The notes below the pieces were generated by a model, which was given only the letters and a program-made list of their open reading frames with translations, was not told the DNA's origin and ran no database searches. This document shows positions 10,183 to 23,689 of a stretch of DNA of 64,000 nucleotides, piece after piece. Source of the DNA: a virus (taxonomy: Duplodnaviria; Heunggongvirae; Uroviricota; Caudoviricetes); the IMG/VR virus record IMGVR_UViG_2617271087_000004; one strand, given 5' to 3'. Both the position numbers and the translations under genes were made by a program. Position 1 is the first letter of the stretch. Each line of letters starts with the position of its first letter.

Positions 10183-10480
10183 AATCGCAGCGCCATTAGG
10201 TGGAGATGCCATTATCGAATTTGATGATAATGAAGAAGTTTCCGGGCGTTTAAGCATTATCTCCGGTGACATTACCGAGGACATGATCGCTGAAGCCATA
10301 GCTGGGGCAAATCCCAATAGCTATATGGGATTCGTTAACACCCTTGATGCTCCCGCAAGTGATGTTCTCCGAACGCTGCATCTTTACGCTGGCTGGTTTG
10401 TTGATTGGCCAGCAGTAGATGGTGGCGATGAGGACGACGACGATGATTTTGGTGATCATGTAGACCAGATCGTATATTGA
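10172..10480 (+). CDS. hxr: Hxr-like small acidic protein
   Basis: 102 aa with Asp-rich tail (DGGDEDDDDDFGD); last gene of the dar operon. Confidence 0.45.
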   Translation: MQIKIAAPLGGDAIIEFDDNEEVSGRLSIISGDITEDMIAEAIAGANPNSYMGFVNTLDAPASDVLRTLHLYAGWFVDWPAVDGGDEDDDDDFGDHVDQIVY

Positions 10481-10483
10481 AGA

Positions 10484-10509
10484 AATCCCGCCAATCGGCG
10501 GGATTTTTA
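10484..10509. terminator. intrinsic terminator between convergent hxr and pacB-paralog genes
   Basis: AATCCCGCC-AATC-GGCGGGATT hairpin followed by TTTT on + strand. Confidence 0.6.
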
Positions 10510-10511
10510 CC

Positions 10512-11606
10512 TCACGAGAAGCTTTTTTCTGATGTCAGCCAACAGTGCTCGTGCAAATCTCTTGGTGGTTTTTCGACAAATGCCTCTTCAGCCACATCCT
10601 GCCAGGGGATTTGTTTAGCCCATTCAGTTATAGCGTTATGGTTTGCCGAGAATAACGGTATTGTATAGGCCTTCAGCCAGTCTAATGTGCTGGAGTTGTG
10701 TTTTTGAGCGTGATGTTTCGCATGGTGTTTGGCGATCACGATCGTAGGCACTACCCATTTACTACCGTCAGTCATTGTGAAGTGCATATTACGGGGAACA
10801 GATGACTTTTCCATCAACTCCCGAATCCCGGGGAATTTCCCCAAGATCAATCGGCGATATTCATCGCTATTGCGCCCACCAAACTCTTTGGCTTTGAATT
10901 CAAGATATGCTTCAGAAACGAGAGGTGAATCCTCTGTGTTTAGAGTTATCGCCGTGAAAAAACCAGCAGGATTGTTTTTACTATGGGCCAACCGGTGATG
11001 CGAATCATAAAAGTACCCTTTCTCGCGTTCCGATGGTTTCGACAGCAACAGCAGGCGCGAGTCATAATTGGTTAAATTGCCAGTTATCACTGCATGAGCG
11101 CGATCGCTGATTTCCGCCGAGTTAATAACGATGAAAAGATCGTGCGGTCCAGTAAAACCAGCCAGAGACTCTTCGTTATTCAGACAATAGGTTATATAGA
11201 CGCATCCCCATGTTTCACTGATATGCACCAACCCTTTGTCAGGGTGTATTCTGAAATAATTGCCAAGAAAAGGGTGTTTTTGGGTAACTCGCTCCCAATA
11301 ACGGAACATATAGTCAATTATTGTTTTTCGACTATCGTTAATCGCAGGAGAAACAACCACTGTACGGGAACACGAATACAGTATTGTTTGCAGGATGCTA
11401 ATCACTGCCACAATAGAGGTTTCCCCAATACCATGTGGTGTGGTGGCAGTGACTTTGGCTCCGGTGTTCTTTATCGCGTTAATAATTTTTGCTTGATGAG
11501 GTGTTAACTCAATATCAAGCAACTCTTTTGCTGCCAGTTCCCAATTGTCTTTATACCGTTCTATCAGTGCTAACCAGGCAGATTCATTCTGTATACGATT
11601 AATCAC
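10512..11606 (-). CDS. terminase large-subunit (PacB) N-terminal ATPase-domain paralog, predicted ATPase-inactive
   Basis: Colinear similarity to PacB 30839-32323 (e.g. [23 protein letters not shown] vs [21 protein letters not shown]); Walker A Lys replaced (GIGETS vs GTGKS), Walker B DE replaced (IVINSAE vs IIDEASG); no nuclease domain. Confidence 0.6.
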   Translation of the reverse strand: MINRIQNESAWLALIERYKDNWELAAKELLDIELTPHQAKIINAIKNTGAKVTATTPHGIGETSIVAVISILQTILYSCSRTVVVSPAINDSRKTIIDYMFRYWERVTQKHPFLGNYFRIHPDKGLVHISETWGCVYITYCLNNEESLAGFTGPHDLFIVINSAEISDRAHAVITGNLTNYDSRLLLLSKPSEREKGYFYDSHHRLAHSKNNPAGFFTAITLNTEDSPLVSEAYLEFKAKEFGGRNSDEYRRLILGKFPGIRELMEKSSVPRNMHFTMTDGSKWVVPTIVIAKHHAKHHAQKHNSSTLDWLKAYTIPLFSANHNAITEWAKQIPWQDVAEEAFVEKPPRDLHEHCWLTSEKSFS

Positions 11607-12390
11607 TTTCCACCTCTTCCGTGGTGTTTTCTTGCAGTTCTGTTAATGCAGCACGACATAGGTTCCGGGCATTGGCTATAGCCACACTTTTGACTTCATC
11701 CGTCATCGTGCAGGTAATGTACTGATCGAGTTCTTCAGCGCGGATGATGCTTTTGCCAATCAGAAACTGTATTTGCCATAGCAGATCGGCATCCATAATC
11801 AGAATTTCTGCCGGGCCTTCAGGGCCAGCCGGGAAGGAAACATAAGACTGTTTGCCCAGGCCGACAACTCGACAACTTGCTTCAAGAATTGCGCGCTTGA
11901 GGTCTGACTTTATAACGGAAACAGGTTGATTTTCACCAGTGATTACGCCGTTGACATGGAAAGGCATGTAGCTTGAAATACGCTCCACTTTCCACACGCC
12001 AGCAAGCGATCCTTCATGCAGCACAATGGGGGTAACCGCGAGTTTCATCTCACCATATAGCTGCTGGCAGATAGCTGGATTGCTGAATACATCTAAAGGC
12101 TCACATTCAAACAGCGGCGCAATCTGCATGAGGTCCATCATGGTCATCCCTGGGGTACGAGCAGTAATGAATCTGTGCATACCAGTATCCATTGCGCTCC
12201 AGATTGCTACACCATGCTTTTTGCTCACTTCTTCAGTAAAGCCAAGGTGGCACATGATGGTTTTTTCGATAGCCAGATCAGAGATAGAAACCTTTTCGCC
12301 TGGCACTCCATCATTATTGATGGTCACTTCGACACTCTGGCCATTACGTAGGCGGTATTGAATGGTTTTAGTATTTTGTGCTGTCATAGT
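11599..12390 (-). CDS. hypothetical protein
   Basis: ORF with RBS GAGGAAAG before internal ATG (MTAQNTKTIQY); downstream of ssb. Confidence 0.45.
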   Translation of the reverse strand, partial: TMTAQNTKTIQYRLRNGQSVEVTINNDGVPGEKVSISDLAIEKTIMCHLGFTEEVSKKHGVAIWSAMDTGMHRFITARTPGMTMMDLMQIAPLFECEPLDVFSNPAICQQLYGEMKLAVTPIVLHEGSLAGVWKVERISSYMPFHVNGVITGENQPVSVIKSDLKRAILEASCRVVGLGKQSYVSFPAGPEGPAEILIMDADLLWQIQFLIGKSIIRAEELDQYITCTMTDEVKSVAIANARNLCRAALTELQENTTEEVESD

Positions 12391-12584
12391 CTTTCCTCTG
12401 CTTAAAACCTGATGTATTGCGCCTTCAGGTGGGTCAGGAATGTTTTCCCACCAGCGAACGCAATATCTCGGGGTGTTCTTTTCGTGAAAAGCGCGTGCCA
12501 TTGCCAACTTTGGCGTTTGTTTGCGAGTTCGTGCTTTTGTCGGCGTCTGGACCACCGCTTTTCTTTCAGTCGTTTTTTACACAT

Positions 12585-13073
12585 TCAAAACGGAATATCG
12601 TCGTCAAAGTCCATTGGAGGTTCGTTATTGGCGTTGCTCTGAGGTTTACCGCCACCACTGTATTGCTGGTGGTTTTGAGGTTGGTTTGATTGCCCCCAGC
12701 CATTTGAGGACTGTGAATCGTCACGGCGAGCGCCGATCATTTGCATGGTGCCGCCCTGGCTGACGATAATTTCCGTCGTGTAACGTTCTACACCGGCGTC
12801 ATCTGTCCACTTACGGGTTTTAAGTTTCCCTTCGATGTAGACCTGAGAACCTTTTCGTAAATACTCACTCGCAATTTCAGCAAGTTTTCCGAACAAAACG
12901 ACTTTATGCCATTCTGTTTGCTCTTTCTGTTGGCCCGTTTGCTTGTCGCGCCATGATTCATTCGTTGCGATGCTGAGTCTTCCGACCGCGCCGCCATTTG
13001 GTATATACCTGATCTCCGGGTCTTGCCCCAGGGTACCAATCAGGATGACTTTGTTTACACCGCGTTGTGCCAC
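12585..13073 (-). CDS. ssb: single-stranded DNA-binding protein
   Basis: [23 protein letters not shown]...[12 protein letters not shown]...DDDIPF; canonical OB-fold SSB with acidic C-terminal tail. Confidence 0.95.
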   Translation of the reverse strand: MAQRGVNKVILIGTLGQDPEIRYIPNGGAVGRLSIATNESWRDKQTGQQKEQTEWHKVVLFGKLAEIASEYLRKGSQVYIEGKLKTRKWTDDAGVERYTTEIIVSQGGTMQMIGARRDDSQSSNGWGQSNQPQNHQQYSGGGKPQSNANNEPPMDFDDDIPF

Positions 13074-13092
13074 TTTTCTTACCTAATAAAAT

Positions 13093-13109
13093 AAAATAAT
13101 TAGAGCAAT
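13093..13109 (-). promoter_or_regulatory. C1 repressor operator-like 17-mer
   Basis: AAAATAATTAGAGCAAT = reverse complement of ATTGCTCTAATTATTTT (15/17 to P1 consensus ATTGCTCTAATAAATTT); 20 bp upstream of ssb start. Confidence 0.6.
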
Positions 13110-13242
13110 AATGTATATCTTTGAAACGTAGCTAACAAGTGATTTGCATTATCCTGTGCCTTCTAAAGGGATCGAGTCAGTCGGTATTGGCTGTGAATGG
13201 GTGTTTGTCCTGGAGCGTAAAAAATTCGCTTATGAGGTCTTT

Positions 13243-13800
13243 ATGAAGGGAAAAACAGCCGCAGGAGGCGGTGCAATTTGCGCTATCGCGGTGATGATTA
13301 CCATCGTGATGGGTAATGGCAATGTGCGAACCAACCAGGCGGGGCTTGAGCTGATTGGTAACGCTGAAGGTTGCCGACGTGATCCATACATGTGCCCGGC
13401 AGGGGTATGGACTGACGGGATCGGTAATACACACGGGGTAACGCCGGGTGTGCGAAAAACAGACCAGCAAATCGCCGCTGATTGGGAAAAGAATATCCTG
13501 ATCGCTGAACGCTGTATTAATCAGCACTTCCGGGGCAAAGACATGCCCGATAATGCCTTCAGTTCAATGACAAGCGCGGCATTCAATATGGGATGCAATA
13601 GCTTACGGACCTACTACAGCAAAGCGCGAGGCATGCGAGTAGAAACGTCCATCCACAAGTGGGCGCAGAAAGGGGAATGGGTGAATATGTGTAACCATCT
13701 CCCTGATTTCGTGAACAGTAACGGCGTGCCCCTGCGAGGTTTAAAGATTCGCCGTGAAAAAGAACGCCAGCTTTGCCTGACGGGACTGGTCAATGAATAA
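13243..13800 (+). CDS. lyz: SAR endolysin (T4-lysozyme-like, P1 Lyz)
   Basis: MKGKTAAGGGAICAIAVMITIVMGNG N-terminal signal-anchor-release segment then lysozyme catalytic region; 185 aa from ATG 13243 with RBS GAGG. Confidence 0.85.
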   Translation: MKGKTAAGGGAICAIAVMITIVMGNGNVRTNQAGLELIGNAEGCRRDPYMCPAGVWTDGIGNTHGVTPGVRKTDQQIAADWEKNILIAERCINQHFRGKDMPDNAFSSMTSAAFNMGCNSLRTYYSKARGMRVETSIHKWAQKGEWVNMCNHLPDFVNSNGVPLRGLKIRREKERQLCLTGLVNE

Positions 13801-14060
13801 ACTCCGGCAGCTCCGCCGACTTTCGACAATGAAGTTATCGCTGGCGGCGATAGTTTTTGACTCGATTTTCATGGCGGTATATGTGCTCAATGAGACGTGG
13901 CCACTGGAACCGCTATTGTATGCCGGGCTTCGGCTGTGCCTGACATTTATGAGCATGGCTGCAAGATTGATGCAGCAGAAAGAAACCGCTTCAGATTGTC
14001 CACGCCGCGCGGTGCGCAAATATATGGCACGCAGGCGAAGGCGATAATAGTTAACGAGAA

Positions 14061-14086
14061 CCCCGGCAGCCGCCGGGGTTATTTTT
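14061..14086 (+). terminator. intrinsic terminator
   Basis: CCCCGGC-AGCC-GCCGGGG hairpin followed by TTATTTTT. Confidence 0.7.
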
Positions 14087-14091
14087 GGTGG

Positions 14092-16822
<2,731 letters not shown>

Positions 16823-16888
16823 TTAATTAGAATAATTCACATCGTGTTTGAACGGAATTTAACACTAGTCACTTGTTAAGGATTACCA

Positions 16889-19800
16889 ATGAACAAGCTA
16901 TCTATGGGGGTGTTTCGCTGTTCAAGTGTCAGCGAAATATTGAAATACATTAGGGCAATAACATCTCACCGAGCGCCGATTAAATACGGCGTGGAAAAGG
17001 TGGAAGGCAAAAGCTATGACCGACTGCGCCGGGAGGCGAATCAGAAGGCGATAGATTTGCTTAATTCGCTGGTGGACGGCGCGACACTGACAGATGAACA
17101 GCGCCAGATCCTGGCTGGGTACACCGGTGAAGGCGGCATTGGCGGGTCCGTCTCCGAATATTACACACCAAAGCCGATCGCTGAAGGTGTCTGGGAGATC
17201 ATGAAGCTCTACGGCGCGGACGTAGGTAACACTCTGGAACCATCGGCGGGCACCGGCGTTTTTAATGAGACAAAACCGGTTGGTACGGTGATGACTGCGA
17301 CTGAGATCAGCAGTGTTTCCGGTCGTATAAACCAGCTGTTACACCCGGAAGACAGCGTACAGATTTCCCCGTTCGAACAGCTGGCTGTAAGCACGCCTAA
17401 CGATTCATTCGACCATGTTGTGGGTAACGTTCCGTTCGGTGGTCGTGATAACACACGCAACATCGATAAGCCTTACGCAGAAGAAACGGACATGGGTTCT
17501 TACTTCATGCTCCGCATGCTGGACAAGATAAAGCCAGGCGGATTCATGTGCGTGATTGTGCCGCCGTCCATTGTTTCAGGTTCAAACATGAAGCGGTTAC
17601 GCCTGCGCCTATCACGGAAAGCTGAATTTCTTGGTGCCCACCGCTTGCCTACCGGTACTTTTGACGCAAACGGGACCAGTACGGTCGTTGACGTGGTGCT
17701 GATGCGCAAACATCCGGCGGAGATGGCTGAGAAAATCCCCCTGGTGGATGAAGGCACTCTTGAATCGGCAAATGTGCTTTGGCCAACGTTTATTTCTGGC
17801 AAGTGGTTTGAAAAGGACGGCCGCCGGTTTGTTCATGGCACTCAGGAGAAGGGATTCCAGGGGCGTATTGAGGTTCGTGCCGACGGGCAGATTGATAACC
17901 AGGCTCTTAAAGCGAAGCTGATTCATCGTTTCGAAAGTCGTATCGACTGGTCTTTGCTCAATATGGCTGAACCGTCACCGACCGCAGACGTTGTTGATGA
18001 AGGGGAAATGCGCCTGATTAATGGCGTATGGCAAAAATATGCTGGTGGTCGCTGGATTGAAGCTGATGCAGGGAAGGAGCTGAAGATTGATGTTGCCAGT
18101 TATGGCGCGGACAGCTGGGAGGCTCTTCAGCGTAACCTGACTACAACAGAAGGCCGTCTCGGTATGACATTTACCCAGATGGCAAATGTCCGCGATAAGT
18201 ACACCACATCAATCAGCGACGATATGGTGCAGCTGGTGGACTGGATTAACAGCCAGCCTGAAAAATACCGTGAACGCTTGTATCGCGGGGCGATGATTGG
18301 CCGGATGTTAATTGAATATCAGGACATGAAGGCCGCCGGGCATAGTGCTGAACAAATCGAACAGCAGCGCCTTTCTCTGGTATCCCGTTTGCAGGCAGAG
18401 ATTGACCGTTTTGGTAACCCCGGTCGCGGTCCGATAGCGAAATTATCGGGGAGCGGTGCGCGCGCCTGGTTTGCTTTCCGTGGTGCAATTAAGCTGGATG
18501 GCACTATTTCTGACGAGCTGACAGGAAAACTGGTTACGCATGATTCCAGCGCCAGTTATGACTCCACCAGCTATCAGGACACCCTGCGTTATCTCTACAG
18601 TGATCTCACTCGCGATCCAATCCAGCTCGATGATTTCCGCCTTGCGTTTACCGGCGAACTGCCAGCCAGTGATGACGAGTTGCTTAATTTATTGGCCAGC
18701 ACCCCTGGCATTGCGGTTTCACCGTATGGCGGGATTGTTCCGTTCGCCCGCGCCACCAGCGGCGACATTAACGAGATAGTGGCACCAAAACAGGAATTCC
18801 TTGCCACACTCCCCGACGGTCCAGTAAAGAACAACGTCCTTAATCAGCTGGCAGCGATCGAAGAGAAGCGCATCAAGACGCCAGCAGAGAATATCCGCTT
18901 TAAGCTCAATAGCCGTTGGTTCGACCGTTCCGTCATTCTGGAATTTTTGCAGGAAAACGGCTATCCGGATCTTCGCTATGTGCAGTCAGTGCAGCTGGAA
19001 GGCGACGAAATGGTTTCTGACACCTATCACGGTGGTGATGGTCTGTTCGTCGGGCACCGATACGGTGTCGTCCAGCGCAAGGATAAAGAAACAGGAGAGA
19101 TCCGCTACGAGTGGGACCGTAAATCAGGTGAAAACGCGACCGGGTTCCCGGCACAGCTGGAAAAGTATCTCAATGGTGCGCGTATCGGTGGCAAAGATAG
19201 CGCGACGGCGAACGGCTACCGCGAGCAGATGGCACTGCTTGAGGACCAGTTCAATAAGTGGATCAAGACGCACGATCGCTACGATGAGCTGGTTGCCAAA
19301 TACAACGATGTGTTCAATAGCAATATCCCGTATGAACACTCTGGCGATCCGCTTGGGTTGAAGGGATTAAGCGGTAAGCGCCAGCCATTTGATTACCAGA
19401 ATAGCGAGGTGCGCCGACTGTCCGAAGATGGGCGCGGCATCCTGGGCTTCGGCACCGGGCTGGGTAAAACCACGACCGCGCTGGCGCTTGAGGCGTTCAA
19501 CTATGAGAACGGTCGCTCCACCCGTACTGCGTATGTAGTGCCTAAATCAGTGCTGGAAAACTGGTATTACGAAGCAAAAGAATTCCTGAGTGAAGAGGCA
19601 TTCAGTAACTACCTGTTCGTCGGTCTTGATGTGCTGATGGATGGCGATCAGATTCGCCAGGTGCCGGTGCTCGATGAGAACGGTAAACCTGTTCTTGGTA
19701 CTGATGGCACTCCAGTTATGCGCGATGCTCTTAAGCTGGCAGATGAAGCCACTATCACGGCGCGGATGAACGCGATCCCGCACTCAAATTACCGTGCAGT

Positions 19801-22800
19801 CGTGTTTACCAAAGAACAATACGCCCGCATTCCGCTACGTGATGACACCGTAGATGAGCATGCACAGGATATGCTTTATGACTTCGTTGCCGCCGGGCGC
19901 GTAGCCAGCGCAATGGACTCCGACTCCCACCGCAAAGAGGCCGCGCGTCGCCGGGTATTGTCGGAGTATTCAGATACCGGCACCGAAAAAGCAGAGAAGT
20001 ATCCGTACTTTGAGGATATGGGCTTCGATAGTGTGATCGCTGACGAAGGTCACAACTACCGCAATAGCTATAAAAATGGTCGCGAAGCGTCACAACTGGC
20101 CTATCTGCCCACCAGCGCGGTGGCGCAATCGGCGCGGGATATGGCAATTAAAAACGCGTACCTGATGAAAAAGAATGGTGGGCGCGGACCGGTTCTCCTG
20201 ACTGCAACGCCAGTCGTTAACACCCCGATCGATGCATACAACATGCTTTCTCATGTTCTGCCGAAGGAATACTGGCAGAAGATGGGGATCTACAGTCCTG
20301 ATGACTTCGTAAAATTCTTCGGCAAGACCAGGCTGGAAACGGTACAGAAAATCAGCGGTGAAGTTGAAGAAAAAATGGCGCTGGTGGGCTTTGAAAACCT
20401 TGATGCGCTGCGCGGCATATTCCATCGCTGGACAACGCTTAAAACGGCGGAAGACGTTAAGGATACCGTGGAGATCCCGGAACTGGACGAACACCAGCAG
20501 GATGCACCACTTACGGAAGAACAACTGGCGGCGTATGAAGAATTGCGTCAGCAGGCGGAAGCGGCAGCCAAAGCCAACAATGGCGTAACGACCTCGGTCA
20601 ATGAAGACGGCGTGATTGAGCACGAGAAAGCCCGTCCGATCTTCTCAATAATCAGGGATATGGACCGCGTATGTACTGACATGGACCTGTACTATCGCAG
20701 GATCACCTATCGTTTCCTGCCGGAGTACGCCGATGCGGTGCAGCAGCTGGCGGACAGTTTGCCTAAACAAGCCACCAGCGAAGACGACGACAGTGATGAT
20801 TCGATCACGCAGCAATCGCAATACTCCCTGATAGATAAGGGCGAGTTTATTCAGTTGCAGGTACCGGAAGCATTTGAGCAGGAAGTGAATAAGCGCCTGG
20901 CCAAGTTTGGCATTGACGAACAGACCGTAACTCACCCCGTTACGCCCAAATACGCGAAGCTGATTGCCACGCTGAAGGAGTTTTTCCCGGAAGGTAAGCA
21001 AATCATCTTCACCGATGAAAAAACGCAACACCAGAAGCTCAAGCGCATTATCTGCAATGCTCTTAACCTTGAACCTTCAAAGGTGGGGATCCTGAATGCT
21101 CAGACGGTTGCCGAGGCAGGTAAAATCGGTAAGAAACTGAAAGCGGTTAAACCACCGAAAGAGCTACCGGATGAACCAACAGATGCACAGATAGCGAAAT
21201 ACAACGAGCAAATGGCTCTGTATGACGCCTATATCGCGCAGCAAAATGAAATGTCGCTGGGTGGGCTGGAAAAGATTGCTGCCGACTTCCAGGAGGGCCG
21301 GACTCCGATCATCATCTGCAACAAAAAGGCAGAGGTGGGTATCAACCTGCATCGAGGAACGACTGACATCCATCATCTGACGTTGCCATGGACACCAGCC
21401 AGTATCGCACAGCGTAACGGTCGCGGTGCCCGAGTTGGTTCCAACCGTGCAAGCGTTCGCGTTCACTACTACTGCGGCAAGGGTTCTTTCGATGAATACC
21501 GACTGAAGACGCTGAAGCGTAAAGCAGGCTGGATCTCCGATATCCTCCGCTCAGATAAGTCTGAAATGGAGAACGCCGACGCCAACGATATGATCGAAAT
21601 GCAGATGTATACCGCTAAGGATGATGGCGAACGTCTGGCAATGATGCAGGTTCAAATGGATAAGGCGAAAGCCGCGCAACGCGCTCGCCAGAAAGAACAG
21701 GCTACTATCGACCTTCAGAACTACATCAAGGCGCAGCACGCAGCTGGCGAGGATGTGGAGGTACTTACCGCTGAATTAGAGCGAAGCAAAGCGGAACTTG
21801 AAAAGACCACCGCCGAGGTAGCTAAATTCAAACAGGCGGCAATGGCCAAGGCAGCGGATAACGCAGACTGGAAGGCCCGCTGGGGGAGTGTCCATCACAC
21901 AGACCGTATGTTGTTAGCACAGTATCGCGCGTCGTTGAAAAGCGCCATTCAGCGCAAGGCTAATATCTCTCAAGCCATCTCCCGCTATGAGAAATTATTG
22001 AACCGTACTCAGAAGGCCGCGACGGATATCAAACGCCTGCGCCCGCTGGTGGAGGATGCAATAAATAAAGGCATTCTGGATGTAGATCCTGACCTGGTTA
22101 ACCATGCGAGTGAGTTCCTTGTTATCGGCGATCGCTCATGGCGTGTAGGCCAATACTACGATTGTGCCGGTGATATCGTTCGCATTAAGTCGCTGGACTT
22201 CGACAGCCAGCGCGCAGACGTGGAGATCATCTTTACCTTCAAAGGCACCAAATCGGGTAACTGGGATGTGAAGACGCTGGATAAACAGGTGGATGTAACT
22301 CCCGATGAAGATGCTGTTATGCAGAAAATCAGTGGTGGCGTCTCCATCGCCGGGATTAACGACATCATTTCCTGTGACGATTTCTACCGTTTCCAGCAGC
22401 GCGGCATGATCAAAATCACTGACTCATACGGCGTTCAGACTACAGAGTCAGGCTATAGCATTGATTTTGTTGGCACCTATACGGACCCACTGAAGCATGC
22501 GGTTTACCCGGATCGCCGTGACGGCGCGCTGAAGTCGTCAATTGCAAAATGGGTGCTTGGTATGATGTCGGAAGGGAATAACCGCCAGATCCGTTCGGCA
22601 GAAACATTCCTGGTTGAATTGTTTGGCTCCAATTATGGCGATGTAATCGCGTCATACGGAGATACGCTATCCCCTGAAGCAATTCAGGAGAAAATAGCGG
22701 ATGCGATCGCCAGAATGCCGGAAAAAACAAGCCAGGGGTCTACTCGTAACGGGGATTCTGAACTTGAAGTCACCAATGCCATTTTCGGTACCAATGAGTT

Positions 22801-23656
22801 CCGGGCGTCAGATTATGAGATCACCACAGCACAGTTTGGCACCATTGGCATTTACAGCAATAAAGACGAGATCAAGCAGGCAATGGACGCAGCAAGTGCG
22901 CGCATTGCAGCAGAACGGAAAGCCAATCTGAATCATGCAGTCGCCGCGCTGACTCAATCGTGGGTAACAGCAATCAGGGAGGCCGCCACCACAGGAAAAA
23001 TCACACCGGCAATTGCGGATGTCGTAAACGACGGCTCTAAATTTATGGATGCCTATCAAATGGATGCGGTGAAGTTGCCATCAGCCTATGGTCAACTCAG
23101 CTATCGCATGACCTACAACCTGGTATCAATGTTTTCCGACCTTGCCATCCTTGGGCTGGTGGATCTTAACGAGGTTACGCCGGAATTGCTCAGCATGCGC
23201 AAGAATCATGTGGAGATATTGCAGAGAGTTAACACGGTTCTTGCCGGACGCACCGATGAAGAGAAACAGGCCGACGCTGATCGGATAAACCTGGCCCTTG
23301 GCAACATCACGGAGGAAGAAATTGCCGCCAGAAACGAGAAACAAGAAGAGTTATCATCAATACAGGGTGATGCCACCAGCATAGCTCAGTCTCTTGGTCT
23401 GAATTATCGCGTATCCACCGCCGACCTGAAGATGATGTACGCACCAAAATTCGCCGCTGGTGAGGCATTTGGGCTTCAGGAAGCCTCAGGCATGAAAGGC
23501 GTTCTTTTCCGTGCGAAAGACGCAATCAAGGCGAAATTCGGCGCTCGCTGGCTGCCAGCGAAGGCGAAGAACAGCGATTTCCCGGGTAACTGGTGGATTA
23601 TCGAGACAAAACACAACGTGGCGGACGTTCTGGCCGTCATCCAACAATACGCATAA
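16889..23656 (+). CDS. darB: DarB antirestriction protein (methyltransferase + DExH helicase domains)
   Basis: 2255 aa; N-terminal N6-MTase-like motif VGNVPFGG, helicase motif I GFGTGLGKTT and motif II VIADEGHNYRN. Confidence 0.85.
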   Translation: MNKLSMGVFRCSSVSEILKYIRAITSHRAPIKYGVEKVEGKSYDRLRREANQKAIDLLNSLVDGATLTDEQRQILAGYTGEGGIGGSVSEYYTPKPIAEGVWEIMKLYGADVGNTLEPSAGTGVFNETKPVGTVMTATEISSVSGRINQLLHPEDSVQISPFEQLAVSTPNDSFDHVVGNVPFGGRDNTRNIDKPYAEETDMGSYFMLRMLDKIKPGGFMCVIVPPSIVSGSNMKRLRLRLSRKAEFLGAHRLPTGTFDANGTSTVVDVVLMRKHPAEMAEKIPLVDEGTLESANVLWPTFISGKWFEKDGRRFVHGTQEKGFQGRIEVRADGQIDNQALKAKLIHRFESRIDWSLLNMAEPSPTADVVDEGEMRLINGVWQKYAGGRWIEADAGKELKIDVASYGADSWEALQRNLTTTEGRLGMTFTQMANVRDKYTTSISDDMVQLVDWINSQPEKYRERLYRGAMIGRMLIEYQDMKAAGHSAEQIEQQRLSLVSRLQAEIDRFGNPGRGPIAKLSGSGARAWFAFRGAIKLDGTISDELTGKLVTHDSSASYDSTSYQDTLRYLYSDLTRDPIQLDDFRLAFTGELPASDDELLNLLASTPGIAVSPYGGIVPFARATSGDINEIVAPKQEFLATLPDGPVKNNVLNQLAAIEEKRIKTPAENIRFKLNSRWFDRSVILEFLQENGYPDLRYVQSVQLEGDEMVSDTYHGGDGLFVGHRYGVVQRKDKETGEIRYEWDRKSGENATGFPAQLEKYLNGARIGGKDSATANGYREQMALLEDQFNKWIKTHDRYDELVAKYNDVFNSNIPYEHSGDPLGLKGLSGKRQPFDYQNSEVRRLSEDGRGILGFGTGLGKTTTALALEAFNYENGRSTRTAYVVPKSVLENWYYEAKEFLSEEAFSNYLFVGLDVLMDGDQIRQVPVLDENGKPVLGTDGTPVMRDALKLADEATITARMNAIPHSNYRAVVFTKEQYARIPLRDDTVDEHAQDMLYDFVAAGRVASAMDSDSHRKEAARRRVLSEYSDTGTEKAEKYPYFEDMGFDSVIADEGHNYRNSYKNGREASQLAYLPTSAVAQSARDMAIKNAYLMKKNGGRGPVLLTATPVVNTPIDAYNMLSHVLPKEYWQKMGIYSPDDFVKFFGKTRLETVQKISGEVEEKMALVGFENLDALRGIFHRWTTLKTAEDVKDTVEIPELDEHQQDAPLTEEQLAAYEELRQQAEAAAKANNGVTTSVNEDGVIEHEKARPIFSIIRDMDRVCTDMDLYYRRITYRFLPEYADAVQQLADSLPKQATSEDDDSDDSITQQSQYSLIDKGEFIQLQVPEAFEQEVNKRLAKFGIDEQTVTHPVTPKYAKLIATLKEFFPEGKQIIFTDEKTQHQKLKRIICNALNLEPSKVGILNAQTVAEAGKIGKKLKAVKPPKELPDEPTDAQIAKYNEQMALYDAYIAQQNEMSLGGLEKIAADFQEGRTPIIICNKKAEVGINLHRGTTDIHHLTLPWTPASIAQRNGRGARVGSNRASVRVHYYCGKGSFDEYRLKTLKRKAGWISDILRSDKSEMENADANDMIEMQMYTAKDDGERLAMMQVQMDKAKAAQRARQKEQATIDLQNYIKAQHAAGEDVEVLTAELERSKAELEKTTAEVAKFKQAAMAKAADNADWKARWGSVHHTDRMLLAQYRASLKSAIQRKANISQAISRYEKLLNRTQKAATDIKRLRPLVEDAINKGILDVDPDLVNHASEFLVIGDRSWRVGQYYDCAGDIVRIKSLDFDSQRADVEIIFTFKGTKSGNWDVKTLDKQVDVTPDEDAVMQKISGGVSIAGINDIISCDDFYRFQQRGMIKITDSYGVQTTESGYSIDFVGTYTDPLKHAVYPDRRDGALKSSIAKWVLGMMSEGNNRQIRSAETFLVELFGSNYGDVIASYGDTLSPEAIQEKIADAIARMPEKTSQGSTRNGDSELEVTNAIFGTNEFRASDYEITTAQFGTIGIYSNKDEIKQAMDAASARIAAERKANLNHAVAALTQSWVTAIREAATTGKITPAIADVVNDGSKFMDAYQMDAVKLPSAYGQLSYRMTYNLVSMFSDLAILGLVDLNEVTPELLSMRKNHVEILQRVNTVLAGRTDEEKQADADRINLALGNITEEEIAARNEKQEELSSIQGDATSIAQSLGLNYRVSTADLKMMYAPKFAAGEAFGLQEASGMKGVLFRAKDAIKAKFGARWLPAKAKNSDFPGNWWIIETKHNVADVLAVIQQYA

Positions 23657-23689
23657 CAGGAGCGCCCGGTTCGCCGGGCGTCGCATAAT

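Noticed and set aside
10512-12555. IS1 insertion expected from the P1 map between ssb and the dar operon
   Set aside because: No IS1-like inverted repeats or insA/insB-like ORFs are present here or elsewhere in the window; this element appears to lack IS1.
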